Shown one piece after another: positions 31,796 to 45,599 of a DNA stretch of 64,000 nt. Every line of letters starts with the position of its first letter. Position 1 is the first letter of the stretch. The notes beneath the pieces were generated by a model. That model saw only the letters and a list, made by a program, of their open reading frames with translations. It had not been told where the DNA came from and ran no database searches. The stretch lies in assembly GCF_009914755.1 (NCBI RefSeq), contig NC_060934.1, one strand, 5' to 3'. A program made the translations under genes and the position numbers. The DNA comes from the human T2T-CHM13v2.0 reference genome, Homo sapiens.

Positions 31796-32039
31796 AGATT
31801 AAGAATTCTTCCCATGGCAATGAAGAATCATGCCTGGTCAAGGAGGCAATTCAGACATTGATAGGTTGTTCAAGCTTTTAAAGAATTGAGGCATAATTTT
31901 GTTTTTTTGATCATAAAATTATTGTTCCCTATGCATAAATACTGTGTCACCAGTACTGCGTTGATGAGGACAGCCAAGGATCTTGATACCTATCAGCTGA
32001 GCTCTTAGAAATCTAGCCATGAACTGTTAGCTTTCTAAG

Positions 32040-32200
32040 CAGTGTGGGATGATAGGAGAAAAACAATGAATTTAGTTCTGGGAGACTTGGGTTCTAGCCT
32101 TTCCCCATACATTGTAATGATGAGCAAGTCATTTGACCTCTCCAGTCCCCAATTTTATATCAGTTGGATTGTGACCCCCCAATGTGCCTTTAATCTTAAA
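32040..32200 (+). mobile_element. MIR-family fragment
   Basis: GGAGACTTGGGTTCTAG...GAGCAAGTCATTTGACCTCTC. Confidence 0.6.
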
Positions 32201-32660
32201 ATTCAATCAGTTAACCATTCTTTTTTTTTGTTTGCAATTTGGATTTTATAAGATCAAGCCCATTTCCAAGAAGAAGGAGGTCAAGACAAATTTTGTTTCT
32301 TAGAAAAGGTTCATATTTAATTTGGGGATTTCAGAGAGTCAAGAAGAAATAATACAGATTATCTGTTACAGTAGAAATGCTGAGTTTCCTTGGGGTGAAA
32401 TATAGTGAAAGATATGAAATTCTAGGAGTATTAGTGTGGGGCCAGAATGCTTTTCAGACCCACTGGGACACAAAAATTCAATTTATTTGTCATTGCTCAT
32501 GTTTATCATTATTACCTCTGCCGTCTTCCAGTTATTCCTTACTACTGCCTTCTTAGATAGAGCTAAGAGTTCCCGGCAACTGTTCTGAAGTTTATCCTTG
32601 AATGAGTCCTGGGGAACTGAAATGAGCTATGTTGCTTACACAAGTTTATGGTATTGAGTA

Positions 32661-33113
32661 TGTAAAAACTGATTATATGAATTGGAGTTATCTTGTCAAA
32701 CCCAACTAAATTAGAGTTGAGAGACTGGAGGAGAAAAAGGACTCAGGACACAAATGCCTGCCCAGGGGTGATACTGTAAGCCAACTGCCAAAATACTATG
32801 ATTTTAAGAACAGTTTAACCTAGTAGCTGCTGAAATGAACTGCTGTGACTCTCAGACTGGTGTTACCTGCTGCCCCACCACTTACCAATCAGAGCTTGCC
32901 CACTTCAGAAAACTTCACTAGTGCCAATGAGTTTTCTTTCAAAAGAATACATAACATTTCTTTTTTAATAGAGCCCCAACCTTCCTTCTCTTTGTTCTTG
33001 TGACATACTGAAGACCACCGCAGTCTGTGTATGCCCCAAATTGCAATTCAGTTTTCCCAAACAAAATGTTTTGTTTAGAGATTTGTCTCTATATTTTTTA
33101 TTTGACTTTGACA
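32661..33113 (+). mobile_element. Solo endogenous retroviral LTR (LTR47-like)
   Basis: TG...CA termini flanked by a perfect 4-bp TSD AGTA (32657-32660, 33114-33117); CCAATCAG box; ends TTTGACTTTGACA. Confidence 0.8.
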
Positions 33114-33898
33114 AGTAGAAAAGGAGAAATTCATTGGGACAACTTGCTTAGTTTCAACCTGGGTTCCTGGATTCTAAAAGAGTAACAAAGATAAACTGGG
33201 AATGCCACACAGTTCATATGACTAAATACTGTGCAGTGGAAAAGTCTCAAGACTGGGAATATAGAGACTTGAATTCTAAATCAATTTCTCCAAGTTTGAT
33301 TATGAGTGGCTTCTTTATGAGAGTCCTTTCTTCCTGAATGTCTCCCTGACGCTGGTTGGATTTTTGATAGCTCAGATGATAGGAGCTGTTTGAATATAGA
33401 AGACAGTCTGTTCCACACTGTAGTTTACACCAGTCTTCAGTCAAGAGTCAGCCTGTTCTCCATCTGGATATGTTCCAAAATTTCCCGTGTTTGCCCCAAG
33501 CAGAGAATCGCACCTAGAAAGTTTGTACATTGTGGGATACTTAACTAAAACATTTTCTTCCCCAGCAGTCGAAGGACAAGAAAAAGAGAAGGTAAACATA
33601 TTGAAAGGCCACTGATGGAACACTTTGATCTGATTGGAGAGTGACAGCAGGACCCTTGTCCTAACGCATCCTTTCTGGGCACATTCTAACCCCTCCTGCC
33701 GCTGCTCTAATGTTAAGAGTGATTGGAATGAAAATAATTATCAGTATTTCAAACATGAAGAAACTGAGTTGCAGAAATTAACTTATCTAAGGTCATGGTG
33801 AAGCTGGGACAGAAATCTACATTTCTTTGGCTTGAATGGCCAAGTTCTTTGTGTGAGCAGTTGAAGGAGAAAGAGTGATGGCAGCGGCTGGGAACTGA

Positions 33899-34277
<379 letters not shown>

Positions 34278-35804
34278 TAACTCCTTCTCTTAAACCCAAC
34301 CAAACTGAGGCCAGTCTTAACATGTGCTCTTGCATGGGTATGTCTGTGTTAAGTGTGCGAGAAGGTAGAATATTAACTCTCTTACCATGTAGCTGAATTT
34401 CTTCTCTGTTGATTCAGAAATGGAAAGAAAATGTCAGAACTCCTGTAATGCCTTTAAAACAAAGGTGCAGTGAAGGTATTGAAACCAGAAATGAAAATAA
34501 GTGGGCTATTTTTAGAACCGAGGTTCTATTTTCTCACTGACTCCCAGTTTCTAGTTAAGGGCAGAGTCCATTCCGGGCTACATGGGCTCTATTGGTGCCC
34601 TTCCAGAAGCCTGCATTTCCACTGCACCTTTCTATTTCAAATGTTAAAGGACTGGGGACATTTATAGGAGGTGATGGTCTCTTGGCACAGAAGACTATGT
34701 CTCCCAGAGCTGCCGCAGTGTTTTTTCATCCCTTTCTTCTCACTTCTTTTCTGTTTACCTTTGGCTTGAGTAAGTCGATTGGCATGTCTCTTTATATTGG
34801 GAAAATTCACTGTTTGCCACAAGCAAGAGAGAAGGCAGAAAGCATGGATACAAACAGATCTGAGGGTATTTTTATGTCTGTATCTCTATTTCTGGGGGCA
34901 AGGGACAGTGTTGCCATCCATTAAACATTTATTGTATTAGCAACCTCTGGCCATCCCTGCTAATGGAGGGAAAGGATGTTATGATAATCCAAAATAGCAC
35001 AAAGTTCCCAGTTTTAACAATTTGATTTGGCAGTGCATTACAATAAAATCCCATGAATTCAACCTAATTAGGAAGGAGGCCAGTTTGGATTAGTGAAGCC
35101 CAAATGATATTTTATGGAAAATTGATTTTGTAGCTTCCAAATTTATGCAGCCACTTGAATTAGATATCAAAGTCTACAATAGAAATTCCCGGAACAGTTT
35201 TAATGACTAGTTAAAAATACTTGGCATTTTATTACAAAATGTTAGAGAAATGGTTACTTCCAAAGTGATCAAGACATTTCAGAACAGTCCTCTTGAGTTT
35301 TAACTATCTTCTGAAAGTCTTTCCTATCTTGTATTTATGAACAAGGCCTTTCTTGACATACGATAGGAAAGTAAATGCTTGTTAAAATTTCTTCAAATTT
35401 CTAGTCTGTTAGATTCGAATGAATAAAATTGACCTACATGATATTTTCCCCTCAGCAGATTTGTTGTCTTAATTCTGTTATGTTAAAGCTACTACAGATG
35501 GGAAGCCATTTCATGTAATACTGTATTTCTTTGGATGTTCTTATATTGAACTATATTTTTCTATTGATACAGGTGATAATTTTGTAGTGCTCTAATTTAT
35601 AGTGGGCCCTTCCACTTTTAGTTTTTAACACATGATTTTCTCAGGTCCTAACCTTCTTTTCCTCCACATTTAATTATCTGTAAACAAATGCTAAAGCATT
35701 ACAGATGAGCATCTTTTTCTTTTTAAGGGAGAATCACTGCCTTGTTTTGGTTTTGTAACAACAGCACTGTCTTCATTCCTCATGTGCAAGCAAGTGAGGT
35801 GACT

Positions 35805-35995
35805 TAGTGATTTCCAAATGACTGGCTGCACTGGAACCACCCAAGGAACTTTAAAAAATTGTGATTCCTAGGCCCCACTCCTGGAGATTTTGATTCAGTG
35901 GTTTTTTTTTTTTTTTTTTTTTTTTTGGAGCCCAAGATTTTCTATTTTTAACCAGCTCTCTGGTTGCTTCTGTTAGGTATCCAAACATGAAGTGG
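35805..35995. mobile_element. MER5-family hAT MITE with internal T25 run
   Basis: GATTCCTAGGCCCCACTCCTGGAGATTTTGATTCAGTGG; T run at 35902-35926. Confidence 0.75.
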
Positions 35996-36019
35996 TTGCC
36001 TGGAGTGGTTAAAAATCCA

Positions 36020-36180
36020 TTGTCCATATCCTAGCTATTGTGAATAATGCTGCCATGAGCATGGGAGTGCAGATATCTCTTTGAGATACTGATTTTATTT
36101 CCATCAGATATATACCCAGATAACCAAGAGAGGGAAACAACCTAAGTGTCCATTGATGGATGACTGGATCAAAAATTGTA

Positions 36181-36237
<57 letters not shown>

Positions 36238-36735
36238 TACACAAAGCAATATTATTCCACCTTAAAAAAAGAAGGGTGTCCTGCCATTTGCAACATGGAT
36301 GAACCTGGAGAACATGGTGACATAAACCAGACTTAGAAGACTACTGCATGATCTCACTTATATGTGGAATCTAAAATAGTCAACCACATAGAAGCAGAGA
36401 CTAGAATGGTTGTTACCAGGGGATGGGGGGCCAGGGAAATGGGAAGGTTGTTGGTCAAAGGGTACAAAGTTTCAGTTATGTAGGATGTAATAAGTTCTGG
36501 AGACCTAAATGTACAGCATGTGACTATAGTTAATAATATATCACTGTATACTAGGAATTTGCTAAGAGAGTAGATCTTAAGTGTTCCCACCACACACAAA
36601 AAATGGTAACTATGTGAAGAGAAGACTACATTAATTAGTTTGACTATAATGTTCAGTTCACTAATGTACATGTATATCAAAGCATCATGTTGTATACCTT
36701 AAATATATATAAATTGTATATATTGACAATAACAA
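36020..36735 (+). mobile_element. L1MA9-like 3' end with inverted 5' segment
   Basis: 36020-36120 is antisense; 36121-36735 is sense ORF2-end/3'UTR (GGGTACAAAGTTTCAGTTATG...GCTAAGAGAGTAGATCTTAAG). Confidence 0.88.
36186..36237. repeat. (TA)20(CA)6 microsatellite
   Basis: Read directly from the sequence. Confidence 0.95.
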
Positions 36736-38201
36736 AACCCAAGAGCCATACAAGGCCACAAGTTTATTTTGCATCTGCTATACACAGATCCAGAGTTGGT
36801 TAGTTTGGGAAGCAGTGGTATATTGTGAGCCTGCAACTGTGAAGTGGGGGGCATAACCCTTTAAGTGAGGATAAGGCTGATGAGTCAGATCATGTTTGCA
36901 CTTCACACCAGGGTCTAGCTCCTCTCTGTTCACTGTTTCTTCCAAAGAATCCCTTTTTGGTTACTGTCTCTGCCTGGGTCACCTGTCTTGATCAAGGGCC
37001 ACATTCCAAGCCTTGGTCTCCAGAGAACTTCAACACGACCAACAGTTTGTCTGGTGCAGTGACCCTTCACTATACTCACTCTCGTCACCTGCACGTACTC
37101 TCAAAGAGTGTACATCTTCTCATCAGCTCTCCCTAGTTTGTTCACGGGCCACAATGGAGCTTGCACAGCACCTAACTGAACACTAGCTGCCCTTGAGGTC
37201 ATTAGCATTCAGGGTTGTGCTAGCATGCAGCCAGCACTCTCTAGGTTGGGAGGTGGGGTTAGAATCAAGGAATCAAGCCCAAAGTATTAGAAACAGGAGG
37301 CTCCAAAGAAAAACTCCCTGAGGAGGCTTGGTATGAAGCTTTGAGGCCGCTGCTTGGAAATGGGCTTTGTAAAGACACCCACACCCACACTGTTAATTTG
37401 TAGGGCTGTTCATGAGTGAAGTGTCAAGTACTGGGGTTCTTGTCAATGGCAATTAATTGGAACTTAAAACTCTAGTTTTTGAAAGTGACGTTTAAGAAAT
37501 AATCACCAATGAGCTTCATTTGAACAATATCTGTGGCCATACCATTGTCCATTGGCCTTCCTAGTGGTCAATCTCTGCTCTCCAGCACCTACTTCTAGAA
37601 GGAGTAAATGTGGCATCTTGGGCGAATTCAGCATCTTTCCCCTTTTAAGAAAATTGATTAAGTTGATGTAAGCATTTCATTTTCTTAAAAAGTTGCAAAA
37701 TTAGAATAAAATACTTTGCCAGGTGGTAAGCATTGTGGACAGGTGTAGTGCATTGGAAGGAGCCCTAGCCTGGGCGAGCTGAGAAGCCCTGAGTGTGTGC
37801 TATGATGAGTCTTGCAATTACAGAGCATGATGTGAGCCTCAGGTGGAACCAGGCTGCGATATGCGTGCTCTGTGTGGTCCTGTTGTGGGAGCAGGCATCC
37901 ACAGTCACCCTTTTTGCCCAGAAGGTCTTCAGTAGGCAGGGATGTAGTCTCCCTAGTGAGAAGAAGAGGCTGTTAGACTTTATTGGCCCAATAAGGGAAA
38001 GAATGCCCAGTCTCCAGGACTTGGCCCAAGTGTGGCACATCCCAAAGATCTCAGACCTACACTAGAAGCTTTTCTAGGTGGAGTGTATAGTATATTCTAG
38101 GACTGCAAAATCCTGCTAACTTGGACAAACTGGGTAAATTACAGCTTCCGAACTGGTGAACATACTTAATTTTTTAAAAAAGAAATACAGCTTTATCACT
38201 T

Positions 38202-38322
38202 AAAAAATTGTGATAGGATACATGTAACATAAAATTTGCCATTGTAACCATTTGATAGTGCCATGATTCAGTGGCATTTAGTACATTCACAAGGTGGTGC
38301 AACTGTCACCACTATTTAGTTC
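38202..38322 (-). mobile_element. Short L1MB-type 3' end with perfect 14-bp TSD
   Basis: CAGTGGCATTTAGTACATTCACA text; CAGCTTTATCACTT at 38188-38201 and 38323-38336. Confidence 0.85.
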
Positions 38323-38411
38323 CAGCTTTATCACTTTTAAGTATAGAAAATATTTTGAAATAACTGGCAAATTCTTTCTATTGAGAAGTAGTCCTCATTA
38401 ATACTCATGTA

Positions 38412-38612
38412 GACACAGACACACACCACACCTCCCACATCCCTCACCACAAACACACACCCCACACACATCATACACCCCCACATACAACATACACACC
38501 ATTCCTCCTCATACTTCCCTACACCCCACATGTACACACAGCACTCCCTGACACCACATAGACAAACACATACCACACCCCCACATACACACACACACCA
38601 CACATACACTCA
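38412..38612. repeat. Degenerate (CA)/(CCA)-rich simple repeat
   Basis: About 200 bp C/A-rich low-complexity tract. Confidence 0.85.
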
Positions 38613-39451
38613 TGTATGTAAATATACAAAGTACAGTATATTAATTTTATAGTCTCATCATGGCCAGAAGGACCTTAGAGAGTCTCTGTCCAACTCCATG
38701 GATGAGGGAACTGTGATCATGGCCAGAGACTTTATGGGACTGGCCCATGTTCGGGTGGCAGAGGCAGGCCCAGGTTCCCCAGTCCTGACACAATGTATTT
38801 TCTTTAATGTCTTTATAATAGGCAATACATGTTCCCTAAAATGTATTGTTGAACTGAAACCTTTAAGAATCATTTATTCTCTTTGTATGAATGTTTTTCC
38901 CTCAAGTCTTGTTTACATTGTGAGCTTTCATAGCAAACCCTTTCTTTGGCCCAACGTAGGCTAAATTTTACCGCAAATTCCAAATGATGGGAGTCGTAAA
39001 TTTTTCTTTTTCCTGAGTTGGCCTTGTTCTGGTGGAAACTTAATGTGTGTGGAGTAATGAACTATTCTGCTGAGGGGAGGTGGACTTGGGTGACAGCATG
39101 CCTCTACTCTTACAGGGTTTGGGGTGGTATGAGGTTGGGGACAGGGAAGGCTGCTGCAGAGGCTGGAGCTGATGGGGCACTCAGACAGGGGGAGCACAGG
39201 GTGAGAGGGGCAAGGACCCCTAGAGAGAAGCCCTGCCTCTTTGGTGTCCTTTGGAGGCAGAAGGTAGGCATTAGGAGTGATGATCTGGACAGGTCCTGTG
39301 TAGCTGGGCGTTTGTGGAGGCAAGTGCAGCCCTGATCTACTCTCAGTTGTTGGACAATGGCATGGGCTTGTAAAGTCGATCTGTGAGCAGGACCTTGATC
39401 GGAGTCCACAGTGGGTGTGTAGCTGCCAGTGCTTGACTCTGGTTTCATTTC

Positions 39452-39755
39452 CTTTTTATTGTAATAAAATTTACCATTCAAACTATTTTTAAGTGTACAG
39501 CTCTGTGGCATTACCCGCATTCACATTGCTGTGTAACCGTTACAACCATCCATCTCCAGAACTGTTTTCATCTTCTCAAGCCAAAACTCCATACCCATTA
39601 AATAGCCACTTGCTATTTCCCCACTCCCCTCCTCCCCTCAGCCCCAGGCAGCCTCCATTCCACTTCCTGTCTCTGTGAGTTTGACTACTCTAAGTTATCT
39701 CATATGAATGGATGCATACAGGACTTTTGTCCTTTTGTGACTGGCTTACTTCTGT
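39452..39755 (-). mobile_element. L1MB-type 3' end
   Basis: TTTTAAGTGTACAG...CCATCCATCTCCAGAAC...TTTGTGACTGGCTTA. Confidence 0.85.
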
Positions 39756-42700
39756 TTTCTTAACATGACTTTATCAGCAGCTAGCCCATACAGTGCTTCT
39801 GGGAGAAGTAGAGAAATGTGCTCCCCTTCTCTGGGTGGATGTAACCCCTGGCCAGAAATTGAGCTTGGCAAGCACAGTATAGGTTGGATTTCAGTCTCCA
39901 CCTGTCCTTTTGGCCAAATGCCGTCAGCTAGTGCACAACCTGAACAACTGTTCGACTTGGTCCTGTGTATCAGGCCTGCAAAAGGAGATTTCCTCTTGCC
40001 CTGGAGCCCCTGGCTGGGTGTCCTCCCTGTTGATACTTTTTTGGTCCCCTTCTCCTATTCCCCAGTTCCCTCTGCTGCCTTAAGGTTCAGTTTTGTTGAT
40101 TTGCCCCAGACTGGGACCTCCAGAGAATAAAAGGCCAACAGAAAAGGTGAATGGGGTTTCTAGAACAATATAACTCATTCAAATGCCATTTAGTGTGGGC
40201 TAGGTACGAATGACTTATGTGGATTAGATTTCCTTTGGAAATACCCAGGGGGTTAAAAATTAAGAGGAGAAGTGTGTAGAAAAATAAGTGCGAGGTTTTA
40301 CTTATGCAGTGCCTTTGAAGACTAGTTGAAATATTTAGCAAACTGAAAATGCAGCTGGTTGAATGTGCTCTGAACCGTGCTGGGCCCTTTAGCCTACCTC
40401 TTTTAATAAACTAGTGGCTGAATTGAAAGCAATCTAGGCAATAATGAATATTCTTATAAATCTCTCTGGTTGAGAAACTCTAAAAATATAGCCAGATCCC
40501 AAGCAGTACCTATTTCCTCTTAATTCTACTATAATACTTGAATGATCTTTTATAAGACATTAAACTTTAATTGATGCCATTTTACTAAGCAGATTTTAAA
40601 AGCAGCAATGTCAGTAATTGAACTGATCAAGATGACTTTTGTTTATTATGTATGATGTGGAAAGAGGCTTTTATAAAATGTTATTTTTGTTCTGATTTCC
40701 AAAGAGTTTGCTTATTTATTTACTTATTTTATTTATATATTTATATATTTGTATATATAAATATATAAAAATATATTTTTGAGTAGTGGATTTAGAGAGG
40801 CAATAGTGTGGATAAGAACTGATAAGCACAGATTTTCATGCCCTCTCACTGTGAAAGTATTAGAGAAAATATTGATGCAGAACAAGGAAAAAACTGTGTA
40901 AAATAAAGTGTAAAATGAAAAAAAAAACCTGGGTAAAATAATCTAGTGGAGACATTTTTCAAAGTATTAACTTTGGTGGGGAAAAAAAAATGGAAGGTTG
41001 AGATTTTGCTCATGTCAAAAGACTTGGCCCAGCCTTTCAACTTTGCTATTGCTTTCGTTGGTTTGCTGTGCTAAGAGCATTACTCAAACGTATGCTATTG
41101 TGGTTGAACTTCTTCTTTATCCTTCCTTCTTTTGACGTTCCTGGGCAAGGCTGTCTTCACTCAGGACAGGCATGTTACACAGTGGGGAAAACTGTAGACT
41201 TGAAAACCTTGCCAATTTTTTTTTTTTTTGTAGCAGTTAACTGTGGCTCAGGATTAAACAGTAAGAGCACTATCTGGCTTTCTTCCTCTTTTCTTCCACA
41301 ATCCCCCCCACTTCCTCCTGAGTTTGGTCATTAGTTTTGCTGCCTTTGGAGTTTTAAAAAGTTGGATTGTTTCTCTGTTATAAAAATAACACATACATCA
41401 GACTTGCAGATAGCTACTAGCCAAGAAAAGAGGCATTTTAGGGGCAGTGAGGGATAGGGGTGGAGACCAGGCAATGAGTGGTGTCCTAAGAAACGGAGAG
41501 GATGGAGGGGAACATTGTTGTGTGGACTGGTACACTTAAAATATTTATGGATCAGACAGTATCTCTAAATCTCTGTCCTCCTTATCTGCACATCACTCTC
41601 GCTTTTTTCATCCCTACCCCTGGGGCAGCTGTCTCATTTTCTAGGTAAAGAAAACCAAGAGGATTCTGCAGCACCTTTAGGTGTGATTGCTAATGGTATG
41701 GTGTTTGCAGAGTTCTCCAGGTTTCATCTTGTTTTTTCACAAAAACAAGATTTCTTATGCAAAATGGGTCACCAAACAATTTCTCCAGAGCAACAGCCAG
41801 TGTTTCGTGCAGGGGAGATGTTAGCAAACCACTGACATATGGATGTGATCTCTGTTACTTTGACCAGATTCGGTTTCTACAGAGTACGTGAGAAGGGAAG
41901 ATAAATTTTGTCCTAGTAATACTATAGCGACTCATAAATAAATGGTTACCCTTTGGTGCTTGCAGTTTTCATTAAAGCCGCCTGAGCTTTGTTATTGACA
42001 CCATAGGTTGCCTATTCAGGGAAATGCAGTAAAATTTATCAGTATGCTTTCTGCACCTAATAAATCATCCAAACAGGGAACCATATGGCAGATAAGACCT
42101 TGAAAATGTGGCTTCAGCATGTGAGGAGTCAAGTTGCTGAAATCTTGAATGATTACAGCCTGCACATTTTCTCCTGGAATATCTTATAGTTATTTTACAT
42201 GCCATTTTCTTGTTCACCCTATCACCCCTTTGTCTCTCTCCCTCTCTCGTTCTTTCTCACTCTTCCCTCTCTTACTTTCCTCTAGCACCATCCTTTTCTG
42301 GCCATTCTTTCTCACTCTTTGTTTTTCTTTTGGGTGGAGGTCTGGCTGTGATTTCAGCTTTAAAATAAGCATCCAGAGCAGATAAGACGTTTTTATAATG
42401 CCTTGCTGGTAGGAGGAAGAGGGGCAGGGAGGAGCAGAGACTGACGGGAAGGGATGATGTATGTGGCGGCTGTGTCCCCACTCTCCTCCAGCCCATTGTC
42501 ATTAATCACGGCCATTAGTTTTTTTCAGAGCTGCCTTGTCTGCACAGTGCCTCAGAAAAGCCATTGTTTTTTCATGCCACAGACTAGGGAAGAAAAGGGA
42601 AGAAAGAAACCCCAGTACTCTTTTTCTCCCCTCTCATTCTGCCTCCAGAATCTCCCTGCTCTCCTGCTATCTCTCTGCTCCTCTATCCCAGCCCAACTTC

Positions 42701-43383
42701 CTTTCCTCTTCCTAGAAGGGATGGTGGAGAGGAGAGGGGGCACTTCAGTCCCTGTGTTTATATATTTATCTGACAACACAACATGGGCACACAGTTGTGA
42801 TGCATGCACTGAATAATAGCTGTGTTACTCATGATGCACTGTTTAATATACAAGGAGGTTTTGTGGATATCAGTGGTGTTTGTTTTTTTTTTTTCCTTCT
42901 CTTTTGGAATCCTGGACTGGATATCCTTGTTATAACCTGAGGACACCAGCAAGATAGGAGGCATGTGCCCATTGTGGAGCATCTGTGTTCAGTGGCTGGA
43001 AAAGAGGAGGCTGGCTTCTCCCTGGGGAGATGGAGTTAGGTGCTCACCAAGCCTAGACCATGTCTTGGGGACTCCCTCACTGCTAAGTGGGGCATTTCAA
43101 GAACAGCCATGGCTTATGATCAGTTGACTCTGCCCAGTCAACTTGGGTGACTCTTGGTGTTTAACGAAGGATGTGGCCATTGTCCTTTCTCTCATCTCTG
43201 CTAATTAAAGACTTGGGCTTGAGGAAAGAGACCTTGAAGACTGCAGTGGTTTTCTAGCTCTCAATGACAAATCATAACTGAGTCATTATGTGTGATATCT
43301 GACTGCTCAAGATACTAATGTCTTTAAAAATACCCATAGTGTTTTGTAAAATGTGACAGCCAACATCAAAACAAGACCACATA

Positions 43384-43620
43384 CAGGTTGAGTAGCCCTT
43401 ATCCAAAGTGCTTGGGACCAGAAGTGTTTTTGATTTTTAATTTATTTTTGATTTTGGAATGTTTGCATTATACTTACCAGTTGAGCATCCCTAATGTGAA
43501 AATCCGAAATCCAAAATGCTCCAATAAACATTTCTTTTGAGCATCAAATTGGTGCTCAAAAATTTTTGGATTTTAGGGTATTTCAGATTTGGGTTTTTCA
43601 GATTAGGAATACTCAACCTG
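43384..43620. mobile_element. Tigger4a/Zombi-like TcMar MITE
   Basis: Terminal inverted repeats CAGGTTGAGTA...TACTCAACCTG; TA on the left flank; 237 bp. Confidence 0.9.
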
Positions 43621-43784
43621 ATGAAAAGTCTGTATGACAGCTGCATTTAAAAGGAAAAAATCCTTAATTACTCCCAGATATGAGCACAATTATTTGAACT
43701 AGAATCCCTAAATATTGTTGAGTAGAGTACTTATTCTAATGGAAATATGGCTGTGATATGCTATTAATACATCCATTGAATAGT

Positions 43785-43932
43785 CATGGTATTGGAAAAA
43801 ACATTAATGAGCAAGGAACCAGGAGAGCAGAGTTAATGGTCCTTTGACTTCAAGGCTGTGTAACCTTAGTCAAATTACTTTATGTCTCTGAACTCCATTT
43901 CCTTCTGTCAGATGAGATGGTTGGCTTTGGAT
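43785..43932 (+). mobile_element. MIR fragment
   Basis: GCTGTGTAACCTTAGTCAAATTACTT...CTCTGAACTCCATTTCC. Confidence 0.65.
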
Positions 43933-44082
43933 CAGTGTTTCCCAAAGTGCCGGATAATGGGTGTCACAGGAAATGATTTTAGGCAGTATACTGAATGGAC
44001 TTTTAAAATTTGTGTTTGTTAAATAATGTTGGCTATCGATTTATGACTGTGACTTTCATATTTTAATTTCTGAATTAATAGG

Positions 44083-44340
44083 TATATTAGTCTGTTCTCA
44101 TGATGCTAATAAAGAAATACCAGAGACTGTTTCTTTAATTTATAAAGGAAAAGAGGCTTAATGGACTCAGAGTTCCACATGGGTGGGGAGGGCTCACAGT
44201 CATGGCGGAAGGCAAAGGGGATATAAGACACGTCTTACATGGCAGCAGGCAAGGCAGGCTGTGCAGGGGAACTCCCATTTACAAAATCATCAGATTTTAT
44301 GAGACTTATTCACTACCATGAGAACAGTAATAGTAGCAGT

Positions 44341-44397
<57 letters not shown>

Positions 44398-44511
44398 GGT
44401 GGTCGTGGTGTTTATTTGATTCAATTATCTCCACCTGGCTCCGCCCTTGACATATGGGGATTATTGCAATTCAAGGTGAGAGTTGGGTGGGGACATAGCC
44501 AAACCATATCA
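44083..44511 (-). mobile_element. THE1C-like MaLR solo LTR
   Basis: TATTAGTCTGTTCTCATGATGCTAATAAAG...GCCAAACCATATCA; 5-bp TSD ATAGG/ACAGG. Confidence 0.92.
44325..44408. repeat. Compound trinucleotide repeat with (CAG)11(TAG)4 core
   Basis: CAG TAA (TAG)2 CAG TAG (CAG)2 TAG (CAG)11 (TAG)4 (TGG)2 TCG TGG; the pure CAG run is 44352-44384. Confidence 0.97.
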
Positions 44512-45599
44512 ACAGGAAAAGTAAATCAATTAAAGGAAAAAATATTAAGTACATAATAGTACAGCTGCTATAGAGATATGGCAAAAATTGTGATGTGGTA
44601 CCCAGATGACCAAAAATTGTTAATCTCCACCCCAGATAATTGGAGTCTATGAGTTAAATGGTATGCCTGGTATGTACATAGAGCTTCTCTTAGAACTTTA
44701 AACATGTTTTGTATTATCTTCTTTACTATGTTTGACTATTTTCTGATAATACAGCAAAGCTAATTTCAGTGTAGGTTGTGTCTGAGTTATCTCAAAATTT
44801 GGTTTTATGCAATCTTTATGAAGACAGTTGTATATATGTGAATCAGTAGCTTTGTAGCATGACATTGGTGAAATCTGAACACCTGACCCATAGTGCTAAG
44901 ACTCCATAGAGCACTTCTTGTATGGTTTGATTTGAAGGGATTTAGAAAGGCTAGAATATATCACCAGATTCTCTCTGCCAGGGTGTCTGAAATTCCTGTT
45001 TTCCTCTTTGCAGTTTCAGTGGTTTCAAATAGAAAATGTATTTACTAGTAAGTGGAAGTAGACTATCATAAAGACAAAACCTTAAAGTCACTGGCTAGGG
45101 ATGACCTAAGTTGGCCTCAGTGCTTGGGAACCACTGGATTAAGGTCCAGATGGTTTCTATGAAAGTGTGCATTTGGGAAAAAGGCACTCTGTAGCTTTAG
45201 CAGCTATTGTGGCCTTGGCTGGAGCTACTTTATCAGATAAACTGTAGTCACCTCCAAGGCGTATGTGCATTTAGATATGAGGCATTCAGGTAAGATCCAG
45301 ATCTTGGACAGTTCTGGATGGGACAGTGCAATGGGAATGAGAAGCCCAGGGAGGCCCAAGTGGCAGCATAAGGGCACATAGGGACGGCTGCCAAGGTTTC
45401 CCATTTACAACCTCTAAGTGGAAGGAGTGTGCTCTTATCATTTAGCAAATGGCTGGTTGGGAGTACATGGTGGCAGCTTGTGTCTCACTCTTATTGGGAG
45501 AATTTGGCCAACTCAGAATGTTTGAGTGTCCCCTTCTATGTTAAGTCGTTTTGTAAATCTGCACTCTGATGAAGTAATTTGTATTCTCAGTGCACTGCT

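Larger units (their letters stand above)
43934..44630. mobile_element. hAT-Charlie MITE relic (Charlie18a-like), split by a THE1 LTR
   Basis: Starts CAGTGTTTCCCAAA (hAT end); resumes after 44511 with AAAAATATTAAGTACATAATAGTACAG...GATATGGCAAAAAT. Confidence 0.6.

Noticed and set aside
44239-44556. Poly-serine ORF, or identity with the SCA8/ATXN8OS repeat
   Set aside because: The ORF is a by-product of the triplet repeat inside a THE1 LTR; the flanks do not match SCA8 as I recall it, only the repeat architecture is similar.
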